From assembly GCA_030638825.1 (NCBI GenBank), contig DAOWDU010000031.1, positions 4,206-68,205 of the forward strand: a DNA stretch of 64,000 bases. The letters run 5' to 3'. Each line of letters starts with the position of its first letter. Positions within the stretch are counted from its first letter, which is position 1. The notes under the pieces were generated by a model, which ran no database searches, was not told the DNA's origin, and worked only from the letters and a program-made list of their open reading frames with translations. Of the stretch, positions 20,255-30,103 are shown piece after piece. Position numbers and translations under genes: made by a program. This stretch comes from a bacterium. Its GTDB lineage: Bacteria > Patescibacteriota > Minisyncoccia > JAHIHE01 > JAGLIN01.

Positions 20255-20596
20255 TTACATTTTAATCTCAACAAACACCCCAGCTGGCAGATTCAGATTT
20301 GACATGGCGTCAATTATTTTTGGATTTGGTTCAAGGATATCAATCAATCTCTTATGAACTCTCATTTCATACTGGTCCCGAGAATCTTTATGAACAAAAG
20401 TTGATTTATTGACTGTAAATTTGCTAATCTCTGTCGGCAATGGGACTGGTCCTCTAACTTCAGCGCCACTCCGAAGAGCAGTCTCTACTATTTGCTTAGC
20501 AGACTGGTCAATCACCTTATGATCATACGCCTTAATTTTTATCCGAATCTTCGGTTTAGATTCGTTTTCTTCTTCCTGCTTCTTTACTTCAGTCAT
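20255..20596 (-). CDS. rpsJ: 30S ribosomal protein S10
   Basis: [36 protein letters not shown]. Confidence 0.98.
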   Translation of the reverse strand: MTEVKKQEEENESKPKIRIKIKAYDHKVIDQSAKQIVETALRSGAEVRGPVPLPTEISKFTVNKSTFVHKDSRDQYEMRVHKRLIDILEPNPKIIDAMSNLNLPAGVFVEIKM

Positions 20597-20631
20597 TTAA
20601 GTTTGTATTTGAAATTAAAATTTTATTGTTA

Positions 20632-21171
20632 TTACATCTTCTTAAGACCCTTTAAACTTACTAATCTTACCGAACCTTCAAAATCGACAGAAGCCATATC
20701 ACCAGACACAGTACTGATTTCTCCTCTACCATGTGCAAAACCAGCTAATTTTTCTCCCAGTTCTTCCATTTTTTCATCAGTTAATTCTACACTATCGCCC
20801 TTTGCAAATTCTTCCTTTATATTTTCTACTTTATCAGATGCAAGTTCTATCTCAACTTCCTCATCAATTTCTCTAGTCGGCCAAAACCCCCCTACAATTT
20901 CTTTATTATCCTTAACTATTTCATCAAATATTTGCTTTGTTTTTATTCCCTGCGTATATAAAACTAACAAAGATCGATCTGGACTCTTTTTATAATTATA
21001 AATTTCATATACTATATCATTCTTTTTCAAATAATCCTCATAAATAGTTAGGTCATCTTTTCCAATTTGCACCATATTTCTACCTTCTAATTCTTTTCCT
21101 GTTATCATATTTTCTCTTTCTTGTTGTTCTTCTACATTATTTAATTTCTCAGGTTGTTCTCCGATTTTCAT
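20632..21171 (-). CDS. Acidic hypothetical protein between tuf and rpsJ
   Basis: 179-aa ORF with genome-like codon use. Confidence 0.65.
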   Translation of the reverse strand: MKIGEQPEKLNNVEEQQERENMITGKELEGRNMVQIGKDDLTIYEDYLKKNDIVYEIYNYKKSPDRSLLVLYTQGIKTKQIFDEIVKDNKEIVGGFWPTREIDEEVEIELASDKVENIKEEFAKGDSVELTDEKMEELGEKLAGFAHGRGEISTVSGDMASVDFEGSVRLVSLKGLKKM

Positions 21172-21221
21172 AATTTTTTCTTAAGCAATTTAAAACAAAA
21201 AATAAGAAGAAATAAATCTCC

Positions 21222-22421
21222 TTATTTTATGATCTTCGTCACAACTCCCGCTCCTACTGTTCTGCCGCCTTCTCGGATCGCGAATTTCATACCATCTTCC
21301 ATCGCCACTGACGAAATTAATTTAATTGTTAGTTTTACAGTATCTCCAGGCATAACCATTTCTGTTCCCTCTGGCAAAGCCGCTTCACCAGTTACATCGG
21401 TTGTTCTGATATAAAATTGCGGTTTATAACCTGTGAAAAATGGAGTGTGTCGTCCGCCTTCTTCTTTGGTTAGGATATAAACTTCACCTTCAAATTCGGA
21501 ATGAGGAGTGATAGATCCAGTCGCTGCCAAAACTTGCCCTCTTTCTATTTCTTCTTTTTTAATACCTCTCAACAAAACTCCCGCATTATCTCCCGCTTGC
21601 CCTCTGTCTAACTGTTTGTTGAACATTTCAATTCCAGTGATAACCACTTTTCTAGTATCTTTAATTCCAACTAATTCCACCTCATCATTAAGATTGATAA
21701 TTCCTCTTTCAATTCTTCCAGTCACAACAGTTCCTCTTCCTTCAATTGAAAAAATATCTTCAAGAGGCATCAAAAATGGTTTGTCTACATCTCTCTTCGG
21801 CTCTGGAATTTTTTCATCTAATTTTTTCACTATTTCTAAAACTGGTTTACAAGTTTCACACTCTTCTTTTCCACAACCGCATTCTACAGCCTTAAGAGCA
21901 GAACCTCTCACAATAGCAGTGTTTGCTCCGTCAAATTCGTATTTTGTTAATAGTTCTCTAATTTCCTCCTCAACAAGATCAATTAATTCAGGATCGTCAA
22001 CTTGATCAATTTTATTTATGAAAACAACAATTTCAGGAACACCAACTTGTCTCGCCAATAAAATATGTTCTCTTGTTTGAGGCATAGGACCATCTGTTGC
22101 CGCAACAACTAAAATAGCGCCGTCCATCTGAGCCGCGCCCGTAATCATATTTTTAATATAATCAGCATGTCCAGGACAATCAACATGAGCGTAATGTCTG
22201 TTGTCTGATTCATATTCCTGATGGGAAGTAGCGATTGTAATTCCTCGCTCTTTTTCTTCGGGAGCGTTATCAATATCAGCAACTCCTTTTTTAGAAGCCG
22301 CTTTTCCTGATGCTGCCAAGCACGCCAAAATCGCTGCGGTTAAAGTTGTTTTTCCATGATCAACATGTCCAATTGTTCCGACATTGACATGCGGTTTTGA
22401 TCTGTCAAATAGTTCTGCCAT
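21222..22421 (-). CDS. tuf: Elongation factor Tu
   Basis: [31 protein letters not shown]. Confidence 0.99.
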   Translation of the reverse strand: MAELFDRSKPHVNVGTIGHVDHGKTTLTAAILACLAASGKAASKKGVADIDNAPEEKERGITIATSHQEYESDNRHYAHVDCPGHADYIKNMITGAAQMDGAILVVAATDGPMPQTREHILLARQVGVPEIVVFINKIDQVDDPELIDLVEEEIRELLTKYEFDGANTAIVRGSALKAVECGCGKEECETCKPVLEIVKKLDEKIPEPKRDVDKPFLMPLEDIFSIEGRGTVVTGRIERGIINLNDEVELVGIKDTRKVVITGIEMFNKQLDRGQAGDNAGVLLRGIKKEEIERGQVLAATGSITPHSEFEGEVYILTKEEGGRHTPFFTGYKPQFYIRTTDVTGEAALPEGTEMVMPGDTVKLTIKLISSVAMEDGMKFAIREGGRTVGAGVVTKIIK

Positions 22422-22541
22422 TTTATTTTTCTCCTTTTTTATTAGAACATATAAATTTATTGCTCTAAATAAAATTAATTTTTTAAATTATATACTCAAA
22501 TTTCATTATAATACACTATCATCATTCTTGTCAAATAATTT

Positions 22542-22886
22542 TTACAATTTCTCTATCACTATCTCATCGTCATCAATAGTATCGTCACTATCTTTATCTT
22601 CTAAATCATTCTCTTCTCTAAATTTATTCTCAACCTCAAACTGTCTCACCATTCTCTCGCCCTGTTTATTTTTCCAAACATTAATATCTTTATTCACTCC
22701 CTCTACTCTTGCGGGCAATTCTTTTTTGCTGGGATTATTAATAGTCTTATCTTTCGCATCTTCAAAATCAAGATACTCATCAACATTAATAATTACCATC
22801 GTTGGCTTTCCGTCTTCCACAATAATAACTTTGCCTCCAACGATTTTTATTAATTTCTTAATCTTATCAAAACTGTTTTCTGTCAT
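22542..22886 (-). CDS. Hypothetical protein, N-terminus weakly Phd/YefM-like
   Basis: GKVIIVEDGKPTMVII; acidic tail. Confidence 0.55.
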   Translation of the reverse strand: MTENSFDKIKKLIKIVGGKVIIVEDGKPTMVIINVDEYLDFEDAKDKTINNPSKKELPARVEGVNKDINVWKNKQGERMVRQFEVENKFREENDLEDKDSDDTIDDDEIVIEKL

Positions 22887-22958
22887 AGGAATTATTATTT
22901 ATACTATTTTATTTATGTGTGTAGATTAGCATAGATATTTTTTTTGTCAAATAAAAGA

Positions 22959-23057
22959 GTTGAAACTTATTGAAACTCGTAGAAATTAGTAGAAATTTAT
23001 TGTAGTAATTTACAATTAATTTCCACAAATTTCGCATAGCGAGTTTCCATTAATTTC
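22959..23057. repeat. Inverted array of gtagaaatt-like units
   Basis: ttgaaactcgtagaaatt shared with 38672-38763. Confidence 0.65.
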
Positions 23058-23062
23058 CTTTT

Positions 23063-23488
23063 TTACAATTTACCCGTACTTCCAAATCCCCCATCCTCTC
23101 GTTCTGTTTTGTTTAAATCTTCCACTTCTTCAATTTCAACTCGTTCTATTTTCTGAATTAAGATCTGCGCTATTTTGGTATTTTTTTCAACTAAATAATC
23201 TTCGTCTCCCAAATTGATTAGAACAATAATTATTTCTCCCCTATAACTTGAGTCAATAACACCAGCCATCGTTTTCATTCCGTGTTTAGTTGCCAAACCG
23301 CTTTTATCCCAGATAAGCCCGACATAACCGCTTGGAATTTCCATTTTTATACCAGTTAAAAATCCTTTTCGTTCTCCTGATTTCAAATTATAACCTTCCT
23401 CCGCTGAATAAATATCAAGTCCTGCGTCGCCTTCGTGCGCATAATTCGGAGTTTTTACTTCTTTAATTTTCTGGATTTTTATTTTCAT
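23063..23488 (-). CDS. dut: dUTPase
   Basis: GDAGLDI, SGLA, GVIDSSYRGE, R..GGFGSTG. Confidence 0.96.
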   Translation of the reverse strand: MKIKIQKIKEVKTPNYAHEGDAGLDIYSAEEGYNLKSGERKGFLTGIKMEIPSGYVGLIWDKSGLATKHGMKTMAGVIDSSYRGEIIIVLINLGDEDYLVEKNTKIAQILIQKIERVEIEEVEDLNKTEREDGGFGSTGKL

Positions 23489-23498
23489 ACATATAAAT

Positions 23499-23637
23499 TG
23501 TCATTGCGAGGAATGAAGTTGAGCGATAGCGAAACGGAATGACGAAGCAATCCCGTAACTATGTCTAGTGAATTTAATCACGGGATTGCTTCGTCGCCTT
23601 CTCTTCGCTACGCTCATTCGGGCTCCTCGCAATGACA
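23499..23637. repeat. Palindromic element family A
   Basis: Full copy between fusA and dut. Confidence 0.9.
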
Positions 23638-23645
23638 GTAATAAT

Positions 23646-25721
23646 TTATTTCTTCTCCCTCTCTCCAATAATCCCTTCCGCCACATTCTTTGGAATTTCC
23701 TGATAGTGATCAAATTCCATTGAATAATTTCCACGACCTTGAGTCATAGATCTTAATTGTGTTGCGTAACCGAACATAGAAGAGAGAGGCACTAAAGCGC
23801 TCACGACTTTTGCTTGTCCGCGTTCGCTCATATTTTCAATCTGACCGCGTTTAGAGCTTAGATCACCGACGACATCTCCCATAAATTGTTCAGGGGTTAT
23901 GGTCTCCACTTTCATAATCGGTTCCAGTAAAACAGGCTCTGATTTTTTGAAAGCGTCTTGAAAAGCGAGCGATCCCGCAATCTTGAAAGCGGATTCTGAG
24001 GAGTCAACATCGTGATACGAACCATCATAAAGCGTGACTTTAACATCAACAACGGGATAGCCAGCGATGACGCCTTTCGCCATTGCTTCTTCAACTCCTT
24101 TTTGGGTAGGCTTGATATATTCCTGAGGAACAGCGCCGCCTTTGATTTCGTTCACAAATTCAAATTCGCTTCCGCGTTCCTGCGGTTCAATTCTCAACCA
24201 AACATGCCCATATTGTCCGCGTCCTCCCGATTGGCGGATATATTTTCCTTCCGCCTGCGCCGAGTCTTTGATTGTTTCTCGATACGCTACTCTCGGTTTT
24301 CCAATATTCGCTTCCACTTTCATTTCGCGAACCATTCTGTCTATTAAAACTTCCAAGTGAAGTTCTCCCATTCCTGAAATAATTGTCTGTCCTGTTTCTT
24401 CGTCTGTTCTAATTTGGAAAGTCGGATCTTCGTCAGAAAGTTTTTTGAGAGCCATTCCCATTTTTTCCTGATCCGCTTTTGTCTTTGGTTCAATAGCGAT
24501 AGAAATAACTGGCTCCGGAAAAGTAATCTGCTCTAAAATAATCGGATGTTTTTCATCGCACAAAGTATTTCCTGTTGTTGTATTTTTCAATCCAACCGTT
24601 GCTGCGATATCGCCAGCATAAATCACATCAACATCCTCGCGATGATTAGCATGCATTCTTAAAATCCTCCCAATTCTTTCTTTCTTGCCTGTAATGGAAT
24701 TAAGAACGTAAGAACCAGCTTTTAATGTTCCAGAATAAACTCTAAAAAACGCTAACTGTCCAACAAAAGGATCAGCGGCGATTTTAAAAGCCAAAACCGC
24801 TAACGGTTCTTCGTCATCTGTTTTTCTCGTTACTTCCTCTTCGGTATTTGGATTAATTCCGACAATTGACGGAACATCTAATGGTGAAGGAAGATAATCT
24901 ATCACCGCGTCTAAAACTATTTGGACGCCTTTATTTTTCAAAGCTGTTCCCGTCATTACGGGAAAAATTTTATTCTCCGCAGTCGCTTTTCTAATTCCCT
25001 CTTTTAATTCTTCTTGAGTTATTTCCTCGCTCGCTAAATATTTTTCCATCAACTCGTCATCATTCTCCACAATTTTTTCCACCATTTCGCTTCTCCATTC
25101 TTCAACTTTTTCTTTCATCTCTTCGGGAACATCTTTTTCAACAACCTTCTCTCCATGTTCGCCTTCAAAATAATACGCTTTCTTGCTAACGAGATTTATC
25201 ACTCCTTCAAAATTTTCTTCCGCGCCGATTGGCAACTGAATTGCCACAGCGTTTTTATTGAGACGATCAATAATAGATCGGAAGCTTTTATAAAAATCAG
25301 CGCCCATTCGGTCCATCTTATTGATAAAACAAATTCGCGGCACTTTATATTTATCCGCCTGATGCCAAACAGTTTCGCTCTGTGATTCCACTCCAGCGAC
25401 GCCGTCAAAAACAACAACGCCTCCGTCTAAAACTCGCAAACTTCTTTCCACTTCCGCGGTAAAATCAACATGTCCAGGGGTGTCAATTATATTAATCTGA
25501 TAATCTTTCCAAATACAAGTCGTCGCAGCGGAGGTAATTGTAATCCCTCTTTCCTGTTCCTGTTCCATCCAATCCATCGTCGCTTCACCGTCATGAACTT
25601 CGCCGATTTTATGGCTAATTCCCGTATAAAACAAAATTCGCTCGGTGACTGTTGTCTTCCCGGCGTCTATATGCGCAATAATTCCAATATTGCGGATCTT
25701 TTCTATGGGGTATTTTCTCAT
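23646..25721 (-). CDS. fusA: Elongation factor G
   Basis: [32 protein letters not shown]. Confidence 0.99.
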   Translation of the reverse strand: MRKYPIEKIRNIGIIAHIDAGKTTVTERILFYTGISHKIGEVHDGEATMDWMEQEQERGITITSAATTCIWKDYQINIIDTPGHVDFTAEVERSLRVLDGGVVVFDGVAGVESQSETVWHQADKYKVPRICFINKMDRMGADFYKSFRSIIDRLNKNAVAIQLPIGAEENFEGVINLVSKKAYYFEGEHGEKVVEKDVPEEMKEKVEEWRSEMVEKIVENDDELMEKYLASEEITQEELKEGIRKATAENKIFPVMTGTALKNKGVQIVLDAVIDYLPSPLDVPSIVGINPNTEEEVTRKTDDEEPLAVLAFKIAADPFVGQLAFFRVYSGTLKAGSYVLNSITGKKERIGRILRMHANHREDVDVIYAGDIAATVGLKNTTTGNTLCDEKHPIILEQITFPEPVISIAIEPKTKADQEKMGMALKKLSDEDPTFQIRTDEETGQTIISGMGELHLEVLIDRMVREMKVEANIGKPRVAYRETIKDSAQAEGKYIRQSGGRGQYGHVWLRIEPQERGSEFEFVNEIKGGAVPQEYIKPTQKGVEEAMAKGVIAGYPVVDVKVTLYDGSYHDVDSSESAFKIAGSLAFQDAFKKSEPVLLEPIMKVETITPEQFMGDVVGDLSSKRGQIENMSERGQAKVVSALVPLSSMFGYATQLRSMTQGRGNYSMEFDHYQEIPKNVAEGIIGEREKK

Positions 25722-25772
25722 AAGAGTTCGTTATAGTTAAAAGTTTGTAAAGTTATAAAGTTATTTTATTTT

Positions 25773-25795
25773 TGGAGTTCAGGTTTTAACCTGCA
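25773..25795. repeat. Half copy of family E element
   Basis: tggagttcaggttttaacctgca. Confidence 0.7.
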
Positions 25796-25817
25796 AGAAA
25801 TTTCTTTCACTTCCCTT

Positions 25818-25845
25818 ATACTAATACAAATCAAAAAAATGTCAA
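25818..25845 (-). promoter_or_regulatory. Putative sigma70 promoter for fusA
   Basis: TTGACA-N16-TAGTAT. Confidence 0.45.
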
Positions 25846-25865
25846 TCAATTATTCCCGCAAATAA

Positions 25866-25894
25866 TTGACAAGAATGAATTTGTTATTTAGGAT
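25866..25894 (+). promoter_or_regulatory. Putative sigma70 promoter for the 58-aa ORF
   Basis: TTGACA-N17-TAGGAT. Confidence 0.55.
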
Positions 25895-25930
25895 GAAAAA
25901 GCTTTTAAAATTAAAAGTAGGTGTTTATTA

Positions 25931-26107
25931 GTGAAAAATATAAAAGAAGCAGAAGCGATTGGATGCAATGATACCGAGTTGTGCATAAAAGGAAAAGGAT
26001 ATCCAGGAATGGAATCAAAAGGAGAAAATAATATCGGGGAATGGTGCCATAAGGGGAAAAGAAGCTGCGGTTTCTTAGTCTGGAAACGAAATACTTCTAA
26101 AAGATAA
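25931..26107 (+). CDS. Small Cys-containing orphan protein, 58 aa (absent from the ORF track)
   Basis: GTG start, AGGTG SD, own promoter and terminator; MKNIKEAEAIGCNDTELC...WCHKGKRSCGF. Confidence 0.55.
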   Translation: MKNIKEAEAIGCNDTELCIKGKGYPGMESKGENNIGEWCHKGKRSCGFLVWKRNTSKR

Positions 26108-26118
26108 ACAAACAGTAT

Positions 26119-26147
26119 GTCAGCTAAACAGAGCTGACTCTTTTTTT
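26119..26147 (+). terminator. Intrinsic terminator
   Basis: gtcagct-aaacag-agctgac followed by a T-tract. Confidence 0.6.
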
Positions 26148-28383
26148 ATTCCAAAACCGCCTTAATCCTTCTTACACCAGAACTTGAAGACTGCTCTTTT
26201 TTAATTCTAAACTTCCCCAGTTCAGAAGTATTCTTGATATGCGGACCCCCGCAAATTTCTTTACTGAAAATATTATCGCCTTTTCCAATTGTATAAACTT
26301 TCACTTTCTCCCCATATTTATTTTCAAAAACCCCCATCGCGTTTATTTTCTTCGCTTCTTTTAGGCTCATCTCCTCGCAATTTACTGCGAGCTTTTTTTG
26401 AATTTGTTTATTAACTAAATCTTCAACTTTTTGTTTTTCTTCATCCGTCAATTTTTCCGAATGCGAAAAATCAAACCTCAATCTTTCGGCATTGATATTA
26501 CTCCCTTTTTGAAAAATATGATCGCCCAAAACTCGCCGTAAAGATTCTAATAATAGATGCGCTACAGTGTGTAATTTAACTGTCTCTTCTCCTGTATCCG
26601 CTAATCCTCCTTTGAATTTTCCAGCGGAAGCGGTGCGAGAGAGTTGTTGGTGTTTTTTAAGTTCTTCATTAAATCCTTCTTCATCAACGGACCATCCTTT
26701 TTCTTTAGTTAATTCTTCTATCATTTCAATTGGAAAACCATAGCTTTGATATAAATTAAAAACGGTTTTTCCATTTACTGTAATACTCTTTAATGCCATC
26801 TTTGATTTACTTTTAATAAAATCAACAAATTTATCGTCTGTTTTTATTTCTGAATGATCTTGTTTATTTATTGGCACTATTGGACTAATTTTTGATTTTA
26901 AATTTATATCGTAATATTTAAAAATTTCCTTAAGAGAATCTGTAATTACTAAATACTGCTCTATAGAATATCTAAATTCTAATAAATGCATATTTTCTTT
27001 AGATGGGTTTCTCAATAAAAATTCTATATTTTTAATATCTTCTTCAATATCATTAAATATTTTTAGTCCTCTTTTTAATGCTTTAACAAATCTTTCTTCT
27101 TCTTTTACCATCTCTTCTTGAATTAATTCGTTATTCTCTTTTAGTGTAGGATATCTATCTTTATAAATATCTATTATTTCTTTCGCAATTAAAAAAGTAA
27201 AATGAGATTCTTTTATTTTAATCATTTTAGCATAGCGAATCGCCCGCCTAATTAAACGCCTTAGAACATAACCTCTTTCAAGATTAGACGGTATTACTCC
27301 ATCAGAAATCATAAACACAGATGTTCTTATATGATCGGCTATTATCCTAAAAGCTTTTGGATTATTTTCGTAATTAGTCCCGCTATTTAAAAATTCTTCT
27401 TCTGTTTCGGAAGGCTTTAGTGTTAATCTTTCAATTTTTTCTATAATCGGCGCCAACACATCCGTTTCATAAACATTATCAAACCCATTCAAAACTGCTA
27501 AGGTCCTCTCCAGCCCCATCCCCGTATCAACATTCTTGTTTGGTAAACTTTCTAATATTTTTATATTATTACCTAAAAATTCATATTTTTCCCTCTCTTC
27601 GTCCTCAAAAAAATCGTATTCTCTTTTTGGCAACTCTATAATTTTTCCTGTTGATTTTTCTTTCAACTCTACAATTCTTAATCCTTTCTTATCCATAAAA
27701 ACATTGTTCCAAATTTCAACATATCTTCCACAACTACATCCTGGTTTACAATTACTATTACTTGGACATTTTTCAAAATTTACTGGCTTTTCTAAATCAA
27801 TAAAAATTTCCGTATCTGATCCACAAGCTCCTTCATCTCCTGCAGGACCCCACCAATTATCTTTTTTCGGCAAAGGAAAAATTCTCGCGGTTTCATTATT
27901 CTTTTTTTGTTTATCATAAACTTCAACAGAAATTCCTGATTTTTCAAAACACTTTTGCCAAACTTTAATTGACTCTTTATCTCTTGGCGCGTCATTATCT
28001 CCCTCAAAAACCGTCACTTTTATTTTTTCCGGATCAATCCCTAGCCATTTTTTATCCGTCAAAAACTCCCAGCTCCATTTAATTGAATCTTCTTTGAAAT
28101 AATCTCCCAGCGACCAATTGCCCAGCATTTCAAAAAAAGTATTATGCGTGCTATCGCCGACATCGTCTATATCTCCTGTCCTCACGCATTTTTGAATATT
28201 AACAATTCGTTTCCCCGCTGGATGATTTTCGCCCATTAAATATGGCACCAACGGATGCATTCCCGCAGTCGTAAAAAGAACAGTTGAATCATTCTCTGGC
28301 ACCAACGAAGCCGAAGGAATTTCTTTGTGTCCTTTTGATTTAAAAAACTCTATATATTTTTCGCGTAGTTCTTTAGAAATCAT
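26146..28383 (-). CDS. alaS: Alanine--tRNA ligase (short CPR type, with internal insertions; start revised)
   Basis: FTTAGM, FFEMLGNWS, EIWNNVF, VDTGMGLER, YGFP, HTVAH, EICGGPH. Confidence 0.97.
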   Translation of the reverse strand: MISKELREKYIEFFKSKGHKEIPSASLVPENDSTVLFTTAGMHPLVPYLMGENHPAGKRIVNIQKCVRTGDIDDVGDSTHNTFFEMLGNWSLGDYFKEDSIKWSWEFLTDKKWLGIDPEKIKVTVFEGDNDAPRDKESIKVWQKCFEKSGISVEVYDKQKKNNETARIFPLPKKDNWWGPAGDEGACGSDTEIFIDLEKPVNFEKCPSNSNCKPGCSCGRYVEIWNNVFMDKKGLRIVELKEKSTGKIIELPKREYDFFEDEEREKYEFLGNNIKILESLPNKNVDTGMGLERTLAVLNGFDNVYETDVLAPIIEKIERLTLKPSETEEEFLNSGTNYENNPKAFRIIADHIRTSVFMISDGVIPSNLERGYVLRRLIRRAIRYAKMIKIKESHFTFLIAKEIIDIYKDRYPTLKENNELIQEEMVKEEERFVKALKRGLKIFNDIEEDIKNIEFLLRNPSKENMHLLEFRYSIEQYLVITDSLKEIFKYYDINLKSKISPIVPINKQDHSEIKTDDKFVDFIKSKSKMALKSITVNGKTVFNLYQSYGFPIEMIEELTKEKGWSVDEEGFNEELKKHQQLSRTASAGKFKGGLADTGEETVKLHTVAHLLLESLRRVLGDHIFQKGSNINAERLRFDFSHSEKLTDEEKQKVEDLVNKQIQKKLAVNCEEMSLKEAKKINAMGVFENKYGEKVKVYTIGKGDNIFSKEICGGPHIKNTSELGKFRIKKEQSSSSGVRRIKAVLE

Positions 28384-28499
28384 AAATTGGATTATTTTCT
28401 CATAAAAAGACATTATAGCAAATTCTTTGAATTTAATCAAAATTTATTTTAAAATTTGTTTAAATGTTTATATGTTTTAATGGTTAAATGAAACTCCTC

Positions 28500-28528
28500 T
28501 TGACATTTTTAAAATAATAGCATAGAAT
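28500..28528 (+). promoter_or_regulatory. sigma70 promoter of the atp operon
   Basis: TTGACA-N17-TAGAAT, 57 nt upstream of atpB. Confidence 0.65.
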
Positions 28529-28585
28529 TGCGTTGTTGAAGGAGGATTAACAATAAGAGGCTAATCTCAGTTTTATTTTACGCTA

Positions 28586-29326
28586 ATGCATGTTTCAATA
28601 AGTCCCGAAATTATTACGACCGTTTTTGGAATTCCAATTACAAATACACTCATAACTTCAGTAATAGCAACCGCGGTTTTGTTGATAATCGCCTATTTTG
28701 CGACAAAAAGAATGAGAGAAGTTCCAAGCGGATTGCAAAATTTATTTGAAGCGATTATTGAAGCGCTTTTCAAAATGATAGATGGCGTTACGAGAGACAG
28801 AAAACAAACTTACCAATTTTTTCCTCTTGTCACAACAATTTTTATTTTCATAATTCTTTCCAATTGGCTCGGACTCGTCCCTGGATTCGGCTCAATTGGT
28901 TTTTTTGAAACAGCGCGCGAGGGCGGACATTCTTCATTTGTTCCTTTACTCAGATCTGCGAATAGCGATTTAAATACAACTTTAGCATTGGCAATTGTTT
29001 CAGTTTTTGCCACCCAAGTTTTTGGAATTGCCGCCCTGGGAATTTGGAAATATGGAAAGAAATTTATAAATTTCAGTTCGCCGATAACTTTTTTTGTCGG
29101 CATACTGGAACTTGTAAGCGAGGTCGCAAAAATGATTTCTTTCTCGTTCAGGCTTTTTGGAAATGTTTTCGCGGGAGAAGTTTTACTCATTGTAATAATG
29201 ACGCTTGTGCCATTTATCGCTCCCCTGCCATTCTTTGCTTTAGAATTATTTGTTGGGTTTGTGCAAGCATTAGTATTTGCAATGCTGACAACAGTCTTTT
29301 TAAAAATGGCAGTCACGGCGCATTAG
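28586..29326 (+). CDS. atpB: F0 ATP synthase subunit a
   Basis: SFSFRLFGNVFAGE, QALVF. Confidence 0.97.
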   Translation: MHVSISPEIITTVFGIPITNTLITSVIATAVLLIIAYFATKRMREVPSGLQNLFEAIIEALFKMIDGVTRDRKQTYQFFPLVTTIFIFIILSNWLGLVPGFGSIGFFETAREGGHSSFVPLLRSANSDLNTTLALAIVSVFATQVFGIAALGIWKYGKKFINFSSPITFFVGILELVSEVAKMISFSFRLFGNVFAGEVLLIVIMTLVPFIAPLPFFALELFVGFVQALVFAMLTTVFLKMAVTAH

Positions 29327-29332
29327 CATGTG

Positions 29333-29404
29333 TTTTGGAGCGAGGGCTTCAGCCCGATAGTTTAAAATTTTTAGACTTTCGGGCTGAAGCCCTTGCTCCA
29401 AAAA
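29333..29404. repeat. Palindromic element family D
   Basis: ttttggagcgagggcttcagcccga...tcgggctgaagcccttgctccaaaa. Confidence 0.85.
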
Positions 29405-29435
29405 ACATATAACTTTTAATTTCTAACAAAAAACT

Positions 29436-29669
29436 ATGCTCCTAGAAAAAGATTCAGTCCAGCTTCTTGCCGCAGCGTTAGCTATTGGAGTTGGTTCTAT
29501 CGGACCAGCGATCGCGATTGGAATGCTTGGCGGAAAAGCAATGGAAGCTATCGGGAGAAATCCTGAAGCAGCCAGCAAAATCCAAAGCGCGATGATCCTG
29601 GCAATCGCCTTCGCCGAAGCAATCGCGATTTACGCATTGGTAGTTGCTTTGATTATTAAATTTGTGTAA
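29436..29669 (+). CDS. atpE: F0 ATP synthase subunit c
   Basis: GRNPEA loop, AFAEAIAIY. Confidence 0.97.
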   Translation: MLLEKDSVQLLAAALAIGVGSIGPAIAIGMLGGKAMEAIGRNPEAASKIQSAMILAIAFAEAIAIYALVVALIIKFV

Positions 29670-29678
29670 GTAAAATTT

Positions 29679-29705
29679 AAGGGGAGATTTTTGTCTCCCC
29701 TTTTT
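29679..29705 (+). terminator. Intrinsic terminator/stability hairpin after atpE
   Basis: aaggggaga-tttttg-tctccccttttt. Confidence 0.7.
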
Positions 29706-29710
29706 GAAAA

Positions 29711-29760
29711 TTTCTACCCAGTTTTAGCTGAGGGTCAGTGAAGTTTTAACCTCACGAGAA
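29711..29760. repeat. Half copy of family F element
   Basis: tttctacccagttttagctgagggtcagtgaagttttaacctcacg. Confidence 0.75.
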
Positions 29761-29766
29761 AAAGTT

Positions 29767-29778
29767 TGTTCTTTAAAA
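29767..29778 (+). promoter_or_regulatory. boxA-like motif TGTTCTTTAAAA
   Basis: Immediately precedes the inverted arm and SD of the 20-aa ORF. Confidence 0.5.
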
Positions 29779-29821
29779 TTGGAAATTAAGTTCTGGAAAA
29801 AGCCAGAAGGAGGTGATATAA

Positions 29822-29884
29822 ATGGGAGAAAACCCCGAAAATAAATCCAATTTTCTGTGCCAACCGATTAGAAGAGAAGTTTAA
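29822..29884 (+). CDS. 20-aa micro-ORF MGENPENKSNFLCQPIRREV (cassette cargo)
   Basis: AGGAGGTGA SD 5 nt upstream; bracketed by inverted arms. Confidence 0.45.
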   Translation: MGENPENKSNFLCQPIRREV

Positions 29885-29917
29885 TTTTTAACTTCCTTTC
29901 CAAAACTTAGTTTCTAA

Positions 29918-30068
29918 ATTTCTACCCGGCTTTAGCCGAGGGTTCAGGTGGCTTTAGCCACGCGAAACTTAGCTCACTAAAATTAATTTCTAAATTGAAG
30001 CATATCAACCTCCACTTTTCTCGCGAGGTTAAAACCTCTACGACCCTCAGCTAAAGCTGGGTAGAAAT
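29918..30068. repeat. Palindromic element family F
   Basis: atttctacccggctttagccgaggg...ccctcagctaaagctgggtagaaat. Confidence 0.85.
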
Positions 30069-30103
30069 ATTCAAAAAACTTTATAACTTTTAACTCCACC
30101 TCT

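Noticed and set aside
26785-27050. Intein in alaS
   Set aside because: It is too short and lacks the N-terminal Cys/Ser and C-terminal His-Asn splice motifs.
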